Source of the DNA: Macrostomum lignano | Lineage: Eukaryota | Assembly (NCBI GenBank): GCA_002269645.1 | Contig: NIVC01001911.1 | Span: forward strand, 158,676 to 222,675 | Length of the DNA: 64,000 nt | Reading direction: 5' to 3' | In this document: piece by piece, positions 36,190-51,048 of the stretch | How the letters are laid out: every line of letters begins with the position of its first letter | How positions within the stretch are numbered: position 1 is the first letter of the stretch | Notes under the pieces: model-generated | The model's database searches: none | What the model was told of the DNA's origin: nothing | What the model saw: only the letters and a program-made list of their open reading frames with translations | Program-made: the position numbers and the translations under genes

Positions 36190-38880
36190 TTGCTGAGATG
36201 CAATTGGGAGATTCTGAGATGCAATGGTGGAGATTCTGGGATGCAATGGTGGAGATTCTGGGATGCCAATGGTGGAGATTCTGAGATGCAATGGGGAGAT
36301 TCTGAGATGCCAATGGTGGAGATTCTGAGATGCCAATGGTGGAGATTCTGAGATGCAATGGTGGAGATTCTGAGATGCCAATGGTGGAGATTCTGAGATG
36401 CGATGGGAAGATTCTGGGATGCAATGGTGGAGATTCTGGGATGCAATGGTGGAGATTCTGGGATGCAATGGTGGAGATCCTGAGATGCAATGGTGGAGAT
36501 TCTGAGATGCAATGGTGGAGATTCTGGGATGCAATGGTGGAGATTTTGAGATGCCAATGGTGGAGATTCTGAGATGCCAATGGTGGAGATCCTGAGATGC
36601 CAATGGTGGAGATTCTGAGATGCCAATGGTGGAGATCCTGAGATGCCAATGGTGGAGATTCTGAGATGCCAATGGTGGAGATTCTGAGATGCAATGGGGA
36701 GATTCTGAGATGCAATGGGGAGATTCTGAGATGCAATGGGGAGATTCTGAGATGCAATGGTGGAGATTCTGGGATGCAATGGTGGAGATTCTGGGATGCA
36801 ATGGTGGAGATTCTGAGATTCCAATGGGGAGATTCTGAGATGCAATGATGGAGATTCTGAGATTCAATGGGAAGATTCTGAGATGCAATGGTGGAGATTC
36901 TGAGATGCCAATCGGGAGATTCTAAGATGCAATGGTGGAGATCCTGAGATGCCAATGGTGGAGATTCTGAGATGCCAATGGTGGAGATCCTGAGATGCCA
37001 ATGGTGGAGATTCTGAGATGCCAATGGTGGAGATTCTGAGATGCCAATGGGGAGATTCTGAGATGCAATGGGGAGATTCTGAGATGCAATGGGGAGATTC
37101 TGAGATGCAATGGTGGAGATTCTGGGATGCAATGGTGGAGATTCTGGGATGCAATGGTGGAGATCCTGAGATGCCAATGGTGGAGATTCTGAGATGCCAT
37201 GTGAAGATTCTGAGATGCAATGGTGGAGATTCTGAGATGCAATGATGGAGATTCTGAGATTCAATGGGAAGATTCTGGGATGCCAAATGGTGGAGATTCT
37301 GAGATGCCAAATGGTGGAGGTTCTGAGATGCTATAAGGAGATTCTGAGATGCCAATGGGGAGATTCTGAGATGCAATGGGGAGATTCTGAGATGCAATGG
37401 GGAGATTCTGAGATGCAATGGGGAGATTCTGAGATGCAATGGTGGAGATTCTGGGATGCAATGGTGGAGATCCTGAGATGCCAATGGTGGAGATTCTGGG
37501 ATGCAATGGTGGAGATTCTGGGATGCCAAATGGTGGAGATTCTGAGATGCCAATGGTGGAGATTCTGAGATGCCATGTGAAGATTCTGAGATGCCAATGG
37601 TGGAGATCCTGAGATTCCAATGGTGGAGATTCTGAGATGCCATGTGAAGATTCTGAGATGCCAATGGTGGAGATCCTGAGATTCCAATGGTGGAGATTCT
37701 GAGATGCCAATGGTGGAGATTCTGAGATGCCAATGGTGGAGATTCTGAGATGCCAATGGTGGAGATTCTGGGATGCAATGGTGGAGATTCTGGGATGCAA
37801 TGGTGGAGATCCTGAGATGCCAATGGTGGAGATTCTGAGATGCCATGTGAAGATTCTGAGATGCAATGGTGGAGATTCTGAGATGCAATGATGGAGATTC
37901 TGAGATTCAATGGGAAGATTCTGGGATGCCAAATGGTGGAGATTCTGAGATGCCAAATGGTGGAGATTCTGGGATGCCAAATGGTGGAGGTTCTGAGATG
38001 CTATAAGGAGATTCTGAGATGCCAATGGGGAGATTCTGAGATGCAATGGGGAGATTCTGAGATGCAATGGGGAGATTCTGAGATGCAATGGTGGAGATTC
38101 TGGGATGCAATGGTGGAGATCCTGAGATGCCAATGGTGGAGATTCTGGGATGCAATGGTGGAGATTCTGGGATGCCAAATGGTGGAGATTCTGAGATGCC
38201 AATGGTGGAGATTCTGAGATGCCATGTGAAGATTCTGAGATGCCAATGGTGGAGATCCTGAGATTCCAATGGTGGAGATTCTGAGATGCCATGTGAAGAT
38301 TCTGAGATGCCAATGGTGGAGATCCTGAGATTCCAATGGTGGAGATTCTGAGATGCCAATGGTGGAGATTCTGAGATGCCAATGGTGGAGATTCTGAGAT
38401 GCCAATGGTGGAGATTCTGAGATGCCAATGGTGGAGAATCTGAGATGTCAATGGGGAGATTCTAAGATGAAACGGGGAGATTCGGAAATTCAATGGGAAG
38501 ATTCTGAGATGCAATGCGGAAATTCTGAGATGCCAATTGGGAGATTCTGAGATGCAATGGGGAGATTCTGAGATGCAATGGGGAGATTCTGAGATGCCAA
38601 GTGGAGTTGCTGAGATGCCAATTTGCTCAATGGGGAGTTGCTGAGATACCAATTGGCTCAATGGGGAGTTGCTGAGATACCAATTGGCTCAATGGGGAGT
38701 TGCTGAGATGCCAATTGGCTCAATGGGGAGTTGCTGAGATACCAATTGGCTCAATGGGGAGTTGCTGAGATGCCAATTTGCTCAATGGGGAGTTGCTGAG
38801 GTGCCAATTGGCTCAATGGGGAGTTGCTGAGATGCCAATTGGCTCAATGGGGAGTTGCTGAGATGCCAATTAGCTCAATG
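36190..38880. repeat. 2.7-kb minisatellite, 21-22-bp unit (GGAGATTCTGAGATGC[C]AATGGT), shifting to a longer variant after about 38600
   Basis: Direct reading. Confidence 0.95.
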
Positions 38881-39764
38881 GGGAGTGGTATTTTTGTTTG
38901 AAACAACATTTCTTAGAAACCCCGAATAGTAACTAAGCAAAACTGTTATGTTGGTAAATTTTTTTTCCATATAATTTTATTACTCTTTTATCTTTTGCCT
39001 ACGCAATGGAGTGACTAAGACTGCTTGGCTTTATCTGAGAAATACGTTATTGTTTGTCCTTTACACCTGAGCGCATCGTCCCCTAATGGTGCAGTAAGCC
39101 TTCGTCCTACACTCGTATAAATGCTCTTCGAGCTGCCAATCATCTTTCGAGTTGAGCAAACAGAGCGGCAACCATGAGAGTCTCAAGTGCCACCCCAGGC
39201 GGCTGTGAATGAGACTCCAGTTCGAGGTACTTCAAGCCGGAGTTATATAGTTCGAGCAACGTATCCTCATTCTGTAGGCTAGCATAGCCACTTTATTTCT
39301 TCATTGAATTAGGCCCCTCTATTCGCCTATCCTATATCGTTTGCAACTAAGAACAGTCTGAAGACTCCCCGGAGACTCCGCCCACCCCCCTCATTCAGAC
39401 TGAAGGTGCAGATCTACTTAATACTGATGCTGCTCTTAGAACTGATATTCCTGCTGCTCCATAGAGTTGTTAACGCTTGGTCAGTCTCTGCTCACCATCG
39501 CACTATTGGCCCACGGCACTAGGGGGGGGGGGATTCTGTCTCTCTCCTACCTCAGCCTTCTCCCTTATGCTCTCATTTCGAATCTCCATCGCTCAACTCA
39601 TCTTTCTTCCCTTCCCCACTCACGCCGGCGCCTCATTAATCTGGGAATAAACCAACCAACCAACCAACTCCCCCTACATTCTCCATCTCTGCCCCCCCTC
39701 CCCGAGTCACTCCGTAAAATTCCTCTGGGCGAAAAAGTCGCACAAGAGTTAAGACGCAGACTGG

Positions 39765-39816
<52 letters not shown>

Positions 39817-39828
39817 AAGAGAGAGAGA
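39765..39828. repeat. (GA)n microsatellite
   Basis: Direct reading. Confidence 0.95.
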
Positions 39829-39960
39829 ACGCGACCTCTTCAAGGTGTCGGTCAGGATATAAGCATATATCGAATTCTAAAGGGCTTTTCAATATCTATA
39901 TAAGACCCAGTCTGGTGCACACTGCGACGCGACCACCTTCAGTGCTGACTGTACATTATA

Positions 39961-40487
39961 ATGTCACGCGCATCCCGCAGGGCGACGCCAACCGCTAGAC
40001 GAGGTCGTCAACAAACGGCTCTATTGCAAAAATTTTGCTGCTGCTGCTGTTGCACCGGCGCCGCCAAGGATGACGTCATAGACAAAGACCTACCGAGACA
40101 CGACGTGGAAGACTCGGAAGACGAAGCTCCAGCGGATTCAAGGTCGCCAGCCAGGCTGCTGCCGCGCGAGTTTCGGGCTGCCAGCGCCGACAACTTGGAG
40201 CTTCGCCCGTTGAGATCCGAGAAGTCGGTGACATTCGTGACGGCTTCAACCGCACCTGGCGACAGCAGCTCCGACAGCAGCTCCAAGCGGAGGCGAGTTC
40301 TGATCGCCTTCAAGACCGTGTGCGACAAGACAACGAGCACGTCGGCTGTTAGTCCCGGCGGTTCCAGCGCCGACCATGCGGGACAAAGGGCACCGAGTCC
40401 TGCTAGGGAAGGAGGCGGCGGCGCCAAGGTTGCGCCCGCGGGATCGCATGGACCAACCGGAGGTGGAAGGGTGAGACTCATTGAAGG
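39961..40487 (+). CDS. Possible first coding exon of an unidentified multi-exon gene (Cys-string, low-complexity product)
   Basis: GC-rich open frame starting with ATG between repeats; two candidate donors (GTGAGA at 40471, GTGAGG at 40488); no recognisable domain. Confidence 0.35.
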
Positions 40488-40517
40488 GTGAGGGATTTCG
40501 ATTGAGACGCGAATCAG

Positions 40518-41655
40518 CTAGAGATGACAGGTGAGACATCTGATAGAGATGACAGGTAAGAGATCTGATAGAGATTAAGATCACAGGTGAGAGATCTGAT
40601 AGAGATGTCAGGTGAGAGATCTGATAGAGATGACAGGTGAGAGATCTGATAGAGATGACAGGTGAGACATCTGATAGAGATGACAGGTAAGAGATCTGAT
40701 AGAGATTAAGATCACAGGTGAGAGATCTGATAGAGATGTCAGGTGAGAGATCTGATAGAGATGACAGGTGAGAGATCTGATAGAGATGACAGGTGAGACA
40801 TCTGATAGAGATGACAGGTAAGAGATCTGATAGAGATTAAGATCACAGGTGAGAGATCTGATAGAGATGTCAGGTGAGAGATCTGATAGAGATGACAGGT
40901 GAGAGATCTGATAGAGATGACAGGTGAGCGATCTGATAGAGATTAAGATCACAGGTAAGAGATCTGATAGAGATTAAGATCACAGGTGAGAGATCTGATA
41001 GAGATGTCAGGTGAGAGATCTGATAGAGATGACAGGTGAGAGATCTGATAGAGATGACAGGTGAGAGATCTGATAGAGATTAAGATTACAGGTGATAGAT
41101 CTGATAGAGATGACAGGTGAGAGATCTGATAGAGATGTCAGGTGAGAGATCTGATAGAGATTAAGATCACAGGTAAGAGATCTGATAGAGATTAAGATCA
41201 CAGGTAAGAGAACTGATAGAGATTAAGATCACAGGTGAGAGATCTGATAGAGATGACAGGTGAGATCTGATAGAGATGTCAGGTGAGAGATCTGATAGAG
41301 ATTAAGATCACAGGTAAGAGATCTGATAGAGATTAAGATCACAGGTAAGAGATCTGATAGAGATTAAGATCACAGGTAAGAGATCTGATAGAGATTAAGA
41401 TCACAGGTAAGAGATCTGATAGAGATTAAGATCACAGGTAAGAGATCTGATAGAGATTAAGATCACAGGTAAGAGATCTGATAGAGATTAAGATCACAGG
41501 TAAGAGATCTGATAGAGATTAAGATCACAGGTAAGAGATCTGATAGAGATTAAGATCACAGGTAAGAGATCTGATAGAGATTAAGATCACAGGTGAGAGA
41601 TCTGATAGAGATTAAGATCACAGGTGAGAGATCTGATAGAGATGACAGGTGAGAT
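40518..41655. repeat. Minisatellite of GAGATCTGATAGAGAT[GA/TAAGATCA]CAGGT variants
   Basis: Direct reading. Confidence 0.95.
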
Positions 41656-42220
41656 TGGAGAGGCAGTTAAAATTGTAAAGCAATTAAAATGATTGCTTTC
41701 CAACTGATTGTGTTGGAAATTTTTATTTTCCAATATTATTCATTATTCATTTGCAAAATTTCTCAATAATTTTATATGGCCAACAATAAAACTCAGTTGT
41801 ATTGGTCAGCCGGATATTCTCGTGTATCTGTATAGAGAAAAGAGACCAAGCAGATTTAGGTCCCTGAGGCACATAGATTGCTATATTGATTTGGGAAGTG
41901 AAGGATCAGGGAGGCTGGTCAACTTAAAGGGGGAATGGTCACGCACACGCAACATCATCTGTCACTTAGCCCCCACCCAGCCCCACAGTCCCTTCATCTC
42001 TAAGTCCTTCCCCTCATAACCGCCACTCATATTTTAATTCTAGAAAAATATTCCCAACAAAGCTGACAGAGTGAAGAAGAGAAGAGACTGATGAGTCCTG
42101 CTTCTTCTAGGGAAGAGGTTGCTTGGGTCTTTCGCTATAGTCTGTCTCTCGGGTCTCTTCCTGCCTTCTTCTCATCATCTTTCACTTTATCTGGCTGAAT
42201 TATATTGCTAGCTTGTGTCA

Positions 42221-42762
42221 GCTAGTGTCTGCCTGTGTCAGCTAGTGTCTGCCTGTGTTAGCTAGTGTCTGCCTGTGTTAGCTAGTGTCTGCCTGTGTTA
42301 GCTAGTGTCTGCCTGTGTTAGCTAGTGTCTGCCTGTGTCAGCTAGTGTCTGCCTGTGTTAGCTAGTGTCTGCCTGTGTTAGCTAGTGTCTGCCTGTGTCA
42401 GCTAGTGTCTGCCTGTGTCAGCTAGTGTCTGCCTGTGTTAGCTAGTGTCTGCCTGTGTTAGCTAGTGTCTGCCTGTGTTAGCTAGTGTCTGCCTGTGTCA
42501 GCTAGTGTCTGCCTGTGTTAGCTAGTGTCTGCCTGTGTTAGCTAGTGTCTGCCTGTGTCAGCTAGTGTCTGCCTGTGTCAGCTAGTGTCTGCCTGTGTTA
42601 GCTAGTGTCTGCCTGTGTTAGCTAGTGTCTGCCTGTGTTAGCTAGTGTCTGCCTGTGTTAGCTAGTGTCTGCCTGTGTTAGCTAGTGTCTGCCTGTGTTA
42701 GCTAGTGTCTGCCTGTGTTAGCTAGTGTCTGCCTGTGTTAGCTAGTGTCTGCCTGTGTTAGC
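42221..42762. repeat. 20-bp minisatellite (GCTAGTGTCTGCCTGTGT[T/C]A)n, left part, about 27 units
   Basis: Direct reading. Confidence 0.97.
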
Positions 42763-45569
42763 CATCAGGATTCGGCCGATCTCCTGGTCGTCCGTGTTGC
42801 TCTGCGGATCCTCCTGGACGTTTGGTTGTTGCCTAGACAGCAGGTCGGCGATGGTGTTGTCTCGGCCGCGCACGTAGCGAATGGTCACCAGGGGGTATGC
42901 CCTAAGACGCTCTGTCCACCGAAGGATGCGCAGCGGCCGGACTCCTTGACTGCCCGCGGTCAGCAGAGTGCTCAGCGTGCTATGGTCTGTGTAGACGGTC
43001 ACTGGCCGGCCATAGGTGAACAGGTGCCACTTCTCGACCGCCCATACGACAGCCAGCGCCTCCTTCTCCCCGACCGAGTAGTTCCGCTCCGGTGAAGTGA
43101 GGGACCGCGAGCTGTAGGCAATCGGGTGCTCCTCGCCGAGCTGTATCTGTGCCAGCACGGCGCCGATGCCGTGGGCACTGGCGTCGCATCGGATGATTGT
43201 CTCGGATTTGGGGTCAAATGCCTTTAGGACTGGCGCCATGGTCAGCTGCCTCTTGATTTTCTGGAAAGCGCCATCTTGCTCTGGACCCCACGACCACGGC
43301 TCATCTTTGCGTAGCAGCCGGCGGATCGGCTCCGTGGTTTCCGAGTAGGCATGGACGAACCGGCTGTAGAAGTTTGTCGCTCCGAGGAATGCAGCTGCCT
43401 CCTTGGTGTTACTCGGCTGAGGCGTCTCCTTGATTGCCTTCACGTACGAGTCGATCGCTTGGATGCCGTTGCCGGAAATGCGGAAACCATGGAAGTCCAC
43501 TGCCGGTTGGGCGAAGACGCACTTATCGTTGAGCACGATGTTGTTCTCTCGAAGACGTTCTAGTGTCCGGCTCAGGTTGTCGTCGTGCTCCTTCTTTGTC
43601 TTGCCGTGCAGCAGGATGTCATCGACCGCGTTGACCGTTCCTGGCAGGCCTTGCAGGATGCGAGCCATGGCCTTCTAGAAGAACCCTGCCGCGCTGCTGA
43701 GGCCGAACGGGACGCGGCAGAACTGGTACAGGCCTTCGTCCGTGATAAAAGCTATTAGGTATCGACTGTCGTGGTGAAGTTCGAACTGGAGGTACCCGGT
43801 CTTCATGTCCAGCTTCGAGAAGACTTGTGATCCACGGAACTCGGCCGCCAACTCATCGATAGTCGGTGTCGGGTAGGCGTCCGCGACGATCGCCTTGTTG
43901 ACGTCTCGTAGGTCGATGCAGAGTCGGATTCTACCGTCGCTCTTGGGGGGCGATGACCATGTTGCTCACCCAGGCACTGGCGCTGATCTTCTCGATGATT
44001 TTCTCCGCCTCCATTCGGTCGAGTTCCGCTTTTACCGCCTCCTTCATGGCGAGCGGGATCTTGCGGCGAGCCTGGATCACCGGGTGGGCATCCAGTTTCA
44101 AGTTCGGTCGGTGCACGATGCCCTTGGCTCGCCTGATTGGCCCGAAGAGGTCCTTGAAGCTGTCCTGGGGTTTTGAGCCCTCGTCACCGAGATGGTTGAT
44201 TTGAAGCGACACGCCAAACTTCGGGAAGTCTGAAGTCTGAAGTCTGAGTTGAAGCCCAAGAAGGCTTGAACTGCCCTCTGCGACTTGAAAACAGACTGAG
44301 GCCGTCTTGTCCTTGAACGTGATCGGGAGCGTCGCTGTCCCGTAGGTCCTGATGTGCGAGCCGCCGTAGGCCACGAGCCGTGCTGGAGTTCCGCTTCCCT
44401 TGGTTGCGTGTCGTCGAACTCTCTGGAAGTCGGACATGCTGATCACCGACACGGAGGCACCGCTGTCCAGCGTCAGCGTCAGCAGCTCGTCGCGGACCGC
44501 GCATTCGATGTTGTGGACGGCAGTCGGATCCTGGTTCGCGACTTGCAGGATGGTGCTCACCTCCTCGCCGACTGTTGCCACCATCTTGCTTCGGCATACA
44601 GCGGCAAAGTGGTTCGGCTTATTGCAGTTGTTGCACTTTTTTCCCATTGCTGGGCACTTGTGCTCCTTGCTGTAGTCGCCGCCGCATCGCCTGCACTTCT
44701 CGCTGTCCTTGCGCGTTTTGGGCTTGGCTCTGACTTTCTGCTTTGAGACGGCGTGCACTGTCTTTTGAGACGCCCCTGATGTGCCGTTGAGGACCTTGGC
44801 TTCGTTGATGGCTGTCTCGATTTGGTTGGCGAGCTGCAGGGACTTCTCCAGTGTCAGGTCGTCTGGTTCCATCAGCAGCCTCTCACGGATACGTGGCATG
44901 CACGTTTTCTCGATAAGCTGATCGCGGACCATCTCCTTCGTCAGGTCCTTGAACGCGCAATCGGCCGCGAGCTGCTGCAGATCTCTGACGAACTGCTGCA
45001 CCGGCTCCCCTGGTCGCTGCTCCCTGCACCGAAACCTGTAGCGAGCTCCGATGACGCTCTTGTTCGGCACGAAAATTTTGTCCAGTTCTTCGAGCAGCTT
45101 CTTCATGTCGTTCGCCTCCACGCTTTCCGCCTGCCGTTGGCCTTCCGGCCCGAGGCAGTGTCGAAGGACGGCCATTTGTCTCGCCTCCGACATTTTGTCC
45201 AGTTCCGTTGCTGTTGAATAGATCGCGAACTGACTTTTCCACCTTGGCCACGGGCAGCTTGGCTCGCCCGGGCTAGCCAGGTACGGCGTTGGTGGGTTGA
45301 GACTGAAGTCTGCCATCTTCGTCGCCAATGTTGTGTATTGAACGCGTGGGTTTTTGTGCGAGCGAGAGTTGAGAAAAAAGAATTGTGGAGTCTCGACTGA
45401 CTCCGCCGCTTTATATTTGTTAGTCAATGAAGCGTGCACGTTGGGTGTAGTCACCTGGCAGATTGGCTATATGTTACGCAATGATTTGAGTTGAATACAA
45501 TACTGTTGAAACATAAATACGGTACGACTGAAGTACTCAATACTTGTACTTAGTACTCACGCCACAACA
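42763..45569 (-). mobile_element. Truncated Ty3/Gypsy (Mag-like) LTR retrotransposon: 5' LTR, PBS, gag, protease, RT, RNase H; integrase and 3' LTR missing
   Basis: LTR 45569-45329 with TGTTGTG...CACAACA ends; gag ATG at 45316; CNNCNKPNHFAAVC knuckle; LDSGAS; LCIDLR..N, FSKLD, PFGL, AVDD; CDAS..GIGA, YSVGEKEALA, TDH; frameshift at about 43950 and in-frame TAG at about 43676. Confidence 0.93.
45313..45327 (-). promoter_or_regulatory. Primer-binding site of the Gypsy element (tRNA-Ser(GCU)-like)
   Basis: TGGCGACGAAGATGG lies 1 nt after the LTR end and overlaps the gag ATG; near-complement of the tRNA-Ser(GCU) 3' end as recalled. Confidence 0.75.
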
Positions 45570-45812
45570 GTGTCTGCCTGTGTTAGCTAGTGTCTGCCTG
45601 TGTTAGCTAGTGTCTGCCTGTGTTAGCTAGTGTCTGCCTGTGTTAGCTAGTGTCTGCCTGTGTCAGCTAGTGTCTGCCTGTGTTAGCTAGTGTCTGCCTG
45701 TGTTAGCTAGTGTCTGCCTGTGTTAGCTAGTGTCTGCCTGTGTTAGCTAGTGTCTGCCTGTGTTAGCTAGTGTCTGCCTGTGTCAGCTAGTGTCTGCCTG
45801 TGTCAGCTAGTG
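45570..45812. repeat. Right part of the same 20-bp minisatellite, about 12 units
   Basis: Direct reading. Confidence 0.97.
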
Positions 45813-46334
45813 TTCTTTTCTGTACCGCAGTCAGTGCCATTTTGATATTTATTTACCAATCTTAGAATTCAAACTTATCGGAAATCAGACAAAACTACTT
45901 TAAGTAAACTATCTAGCTTTTAGTAGTGCAAGGGGAAATTTTGTTATCAAGCAAAAAGTTGAGAATAAAATATAGAAAATTGTTACCAAGGTGCACCCAA
46001 TCGACCCCTGCTCAAGTCCAAAGCAGAAATTTTATAATAACGAAGTGGGTTAGGGAGGCACTGCTCACTAACTGCTCCATGAATGTATGTATCCGTGCTG
46101 GTTGGGCAGTGAATAAACCTGGATGCAATTTTCTCTGGGAAACTTAATAATTTCTTGGAATTGAGGCAGCAAAGAGGCACTGATTTTTTGCTACTTATTT
46201 AGAGAAAATTGCTACAGATCAAGATTCCAGGGGAGCCAATCTTGAGGGCTTCGAGTCAGGATTAAATGTGTGGGATTGTACTTTTCGATATCGGTTCATG
46301 TACTAAGTTTTCTTGGTAAAATTATGTTTCCAGT

Positions 46335-48010
46335 TTGCTTCTGTTCTGTTTCTGTTCTGTTTCTGTTCTGCTTCTGTTCTGTTTCTGTTCTGTTTCTGTT
46401 TCTGTTTCTGTTCTGTTTCTGTTCTGTTTCTGTTTCTGTTCTGTTTCTGTTTCTGTTCTGTTTCTGTTCTGTTTCTGTTTCTGTTCTGTTTCTGTTTTTG
46501 TTCTGTTTCTGTTTCTGTTTCTGTTCTGTTTCTGTTTCTGTTCTGTTTCTGTTCTGTTTCTGTTTCTGTTCCGTTTCTGTTTCTGTTCTGTTTCAGTTCT
46601 GTTTCTGTTCTGTTTCTGTTCTGTTTCTGTTCTGTTTCTGTTCTGTTTCTGCGCTGTTTCCGTTCTGTTTCCGTTCTGTTTCTGTTCTGTTTCTGTTCTG
46701 TTTCTGTTCCTGTTCTGTTTCTGTTTCCGTTCTGTTCCTGTTCTGTTTCTGTTCTGTTTCTGTTCTGTTTCTGTTCTGTTTATCTGTTCTGTTTCTGTTC
46801 TGTTTCTGTTCTGTTTATCTGTTCTGTTTCTGTTCTGTTTCTGTTTCTGTTCTGTTTCTGTTTCTGTTTCTGTTCTGTTTCTGTTCTGTTTCAGTTCTGT
46901 TTCTGTTCTGTTTCTGTTCTGTTTCTGCGCTGTTTCCGTTCTGTTTCCGTTCTGTTTCTGTTCTGTTTCTGTTCTGTTTCTGTTCCTGTTCTGTTTCTGT
47001 TTCCGTTCTGTTCCTGTTCTGTTTCTGTTCTGTTTCTGTTTTGTTTATCTGTTCTGTTTCTGTTCTGTTTCTGTTCTGTTTCTGTTATTTTTATGTTCTG
47101 TTTCTGTTCTGTTTCTGTTCTGTTTCTGTTCTGTTTATCTGTTCTGTTTCTGTTCTGTTTCTGTTCTGTTTCTGTTCTGTTTCTGTTCTGTTTCTGTTCT
47201 GTTTCTGTTTTGTTTCTGTTCTGTTTCTGTTCTGTTTCTGTTCTGTTTCTGTTCTGTTTATCTGTTCTGTTTCTGTTCTGTTTCTGCGCTGTTTCCGTTC
47301 TGTTTCCGTTCTGTTTCTGTTCTGTTTCTATTCTGTTTCTGTTCTGTTTCTGTTTCCGTTCTGTTTCTGTTCTGTTTCTGTTCTGTTTCTGTTCTGTTTC
47401 TGTTCTGTTTATCTGTTCTGTTTCTGTTCTGTTTCTGTTCTGTTTCTGTTCTGTTTCTGTTCTGTTTATCTGTTCTGTTTCTGTTCTGTTTTTCTGTTCT
47501 GTTTATCTTTTCTGTTTATCTGTTCTGTTTATCTGTTCTGTTTCTGTTCTGTTTCTGTTCTGTTTCTGTTCTGTTTCTGTTCTGTTTCTGTTCTGTTTCT
47601 GTTCTGTTTCTGTTCTGTTTCTGCTCTGTTTCTGTTCTGTTTCTGTTCTGTTTCTCTGTTCTGTTTCTGTTCTGTTTCTGTTTCCGTTCTGTTTCTGTTC
47701 TGTTTCTGTTCTGTTTCTGTTCTGTTTTTCTGTTCTGTTTCTGTTCTGTTTCTGTTCTGTTTCTGTTCTGTTTCTGTTCTGTTTCTGTTCTGTTTCTGTT
47801 CTGTTTCTGTTCTGTTTATCTGTTCTGTTTCTGTTCTGTTTCTGTTCTGTTTCTGTTCTGTTTCTGTTCTGTTTCTGTTCTGTTTCTGTTCTGTTTCTGT
47901 TCTGTTTCTGTTCTGTTTCTGTTCTGTTTCTGTTCTGTTTCTGTTCTGTTTCTGTTATTTTTATGTTCTGTTTCTGTTCTGTTTCTGTTCTGTTTCTCTT
48001 TTGTTTATCT
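46335..48010. repeat. (TTCTG/TTTCTG)n simple repeat, 11-bp composite unit
   Basis: Direct reading. Confidence 0.97.
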
Positions 48011-48196
48011 GTGGACCAGAGATGCTCAGTACGGATTTGCTAGCAATTATCCCCTGTTTTTGGGTTTTGGGAGATGCAGGTTTTAGGATGACTAAAGTCT
48101 CCCTGGTTCAGACAGACTGCCATTGGCTGGGAGCAGCTGGGATGTGGATGGCGAGATATGGGATTTAGTAAATAAGAATAGAATATTCTGACTCAG

Positions 48197-48373
48197 TTCG
48201 AACTCGTGCTGTCGAACCAGCCGAAGAACCGAGCGCACAGCGGTGCTGGATCCTGCGCCATGCAGCTCAGCAGAAGTCGCGATGCGATGTCAGTTGAAAT
48301 TGACCACCAGGGCGAATGCGCTTCTGCGGGTGCCAGCCCGGCGAAGATCAAATCCGCTGGACTGTCGCAAAAG
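48197..48373 (+). CDS. Possible internal exon of the unidentified gene
   Basis: ctcag acceptor and AAG|gtgagc donor; two frames open; unique island between arrays. Confidence 0.3.
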
Positions 48374-48387
48374 GTGAGCCGATCAGG

Positions 48388-49158
48388 GTGACAGATTGGT
48401 GTGACAATGAGGGGGAGAGAGTGACAGATTGGTGTGACAATGAGGGGGAGAGAGTGACAGATTGGTGTGACAATGACGGGCGGAGAGAGTGACTGATCAG
48501 TGTGAAAATTAAGGGCAGAGAGAGTGACTGATTGGTGTGACAATGCGGGGAGGGAGTGACTGATTGGTGTGACAATGCGGGGAGAGAGTGACAGATCGGT
48601 GTGAAAATGCGGGGAGAGAGCGACAGATCGGTGTGACAATAAGAGGGGAAAGAGTGACAGATTGGCGTGACAATGAGGGGCGAAGAGAGCGACAGATCGG
48701 TGTGAAAATTAAGGGCAGAGAGAGTAACTGATTGGTGTGACAATGCGGGGAGAGAGTGACTGATTGGTGTGAAAATGCGGGGAGAGAGTGACAGATCGGT
48801 GTGAAAATGCGGGGAGAGAGCGACAGATCGGTGTGACAATAAGAGGGGAAAGAGTGACAGATTGGCGTGACAATGAGGGGCGGAGAGAGCGACAGATCGG
48901 TGTGACGATGTGGGGAGAGAGTGACAGATCAGTGTGACAATGCGGTGAGAGAGCGACAGATCGGTGTGAAAATGCGGGGAGAAAGTGACAGATCGGTGTG
49001 ACAATGCGGTGAGAGAGCGACAGATCGGTGTGACAATGCAGTGAGAAAGTGCAACAGATCGGTGTGACAATGGGGGAAAAGTGACAGATCGGTGTGACAA
49101 TAAGAGTAGAGAGAGTGCCAGATCGGTGTGACAATGCGGGAATAGAGTGACAGATCGG
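48388..49158. repeat. About 30-bp degenerate minisatellite (GTGACAGATCGGTGTGACAATGCGGGGAGAGA)
   Basis: Direct reading. Confidence 0.9.
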
Positions 49159-49809
49159 CAGGTGTTGACTTCATCTCATTGCCACCTGTGACCAGCTCAG
49201 CCACCCCGTCATACCGAGGCGCTAATTAAGTTGCTCTACGAAGACTGCGAAACGCTTCACCAACTTTGCGGTGCAAAAACTTCAGCACCTACGAATAGAT
49301 ACGGCTTGAGTAGAAAACCAACACGAACTGAACTCCAGATATCGTAAATTTTGCCATGTCACAGACTTAGCAGACCCTATAAAAGTGTCCCTAAACTAGC
49401 CCTAAGAAAAGCTATTTTTCACTCGCAGCAATATCTTTGGTCTAATAATTTCGTTGGAGATATCATAAGCGTGTCGGGTCAAACAGCAGAAGGTAGGCCG
49501 CCCGCTTCCGCTTGTCCGCAGAGCTGACAGACTCAGAGCTCATGCGAGAGAAGTTCAACTGATCCGGCTTTAAACTCAGGAAATCATGGAGCACTTGGGC
49601 TATGGAGAGCTGAAACTGCAGCTTCTGGAATCCTCATTTGTTTAACTCTGAAAGCTAACACCGGAATAAACAAAGCGTTATCTGGATGACCTCATTTAGC
49701 TCATCGGACTCTGAGAATCCTTTGAAGTTTACCGAAACTGTGCGGGCTGATGCTAGAGGCTTAGCGATAAAGTTAGCTGCATTTCCATTGCAGTATATAT
49801 TGCCGTCTG

Positions 49810-51048
<1,239 letters not shown>

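Noticed and set aside
39176-39220. GAGTCTCA/TGAGACTC stem suggesting an HDV-like P1
   Set aside because: P3 is not adjacent to the P1 3' strand and no P2/J4-2 was found; treated as a simple hairpin
42086-42120. CTGATGAGTCC hammerhead-like start
   Set aside because: No complementary GGAC-GAAA follows, so the core is incomplete
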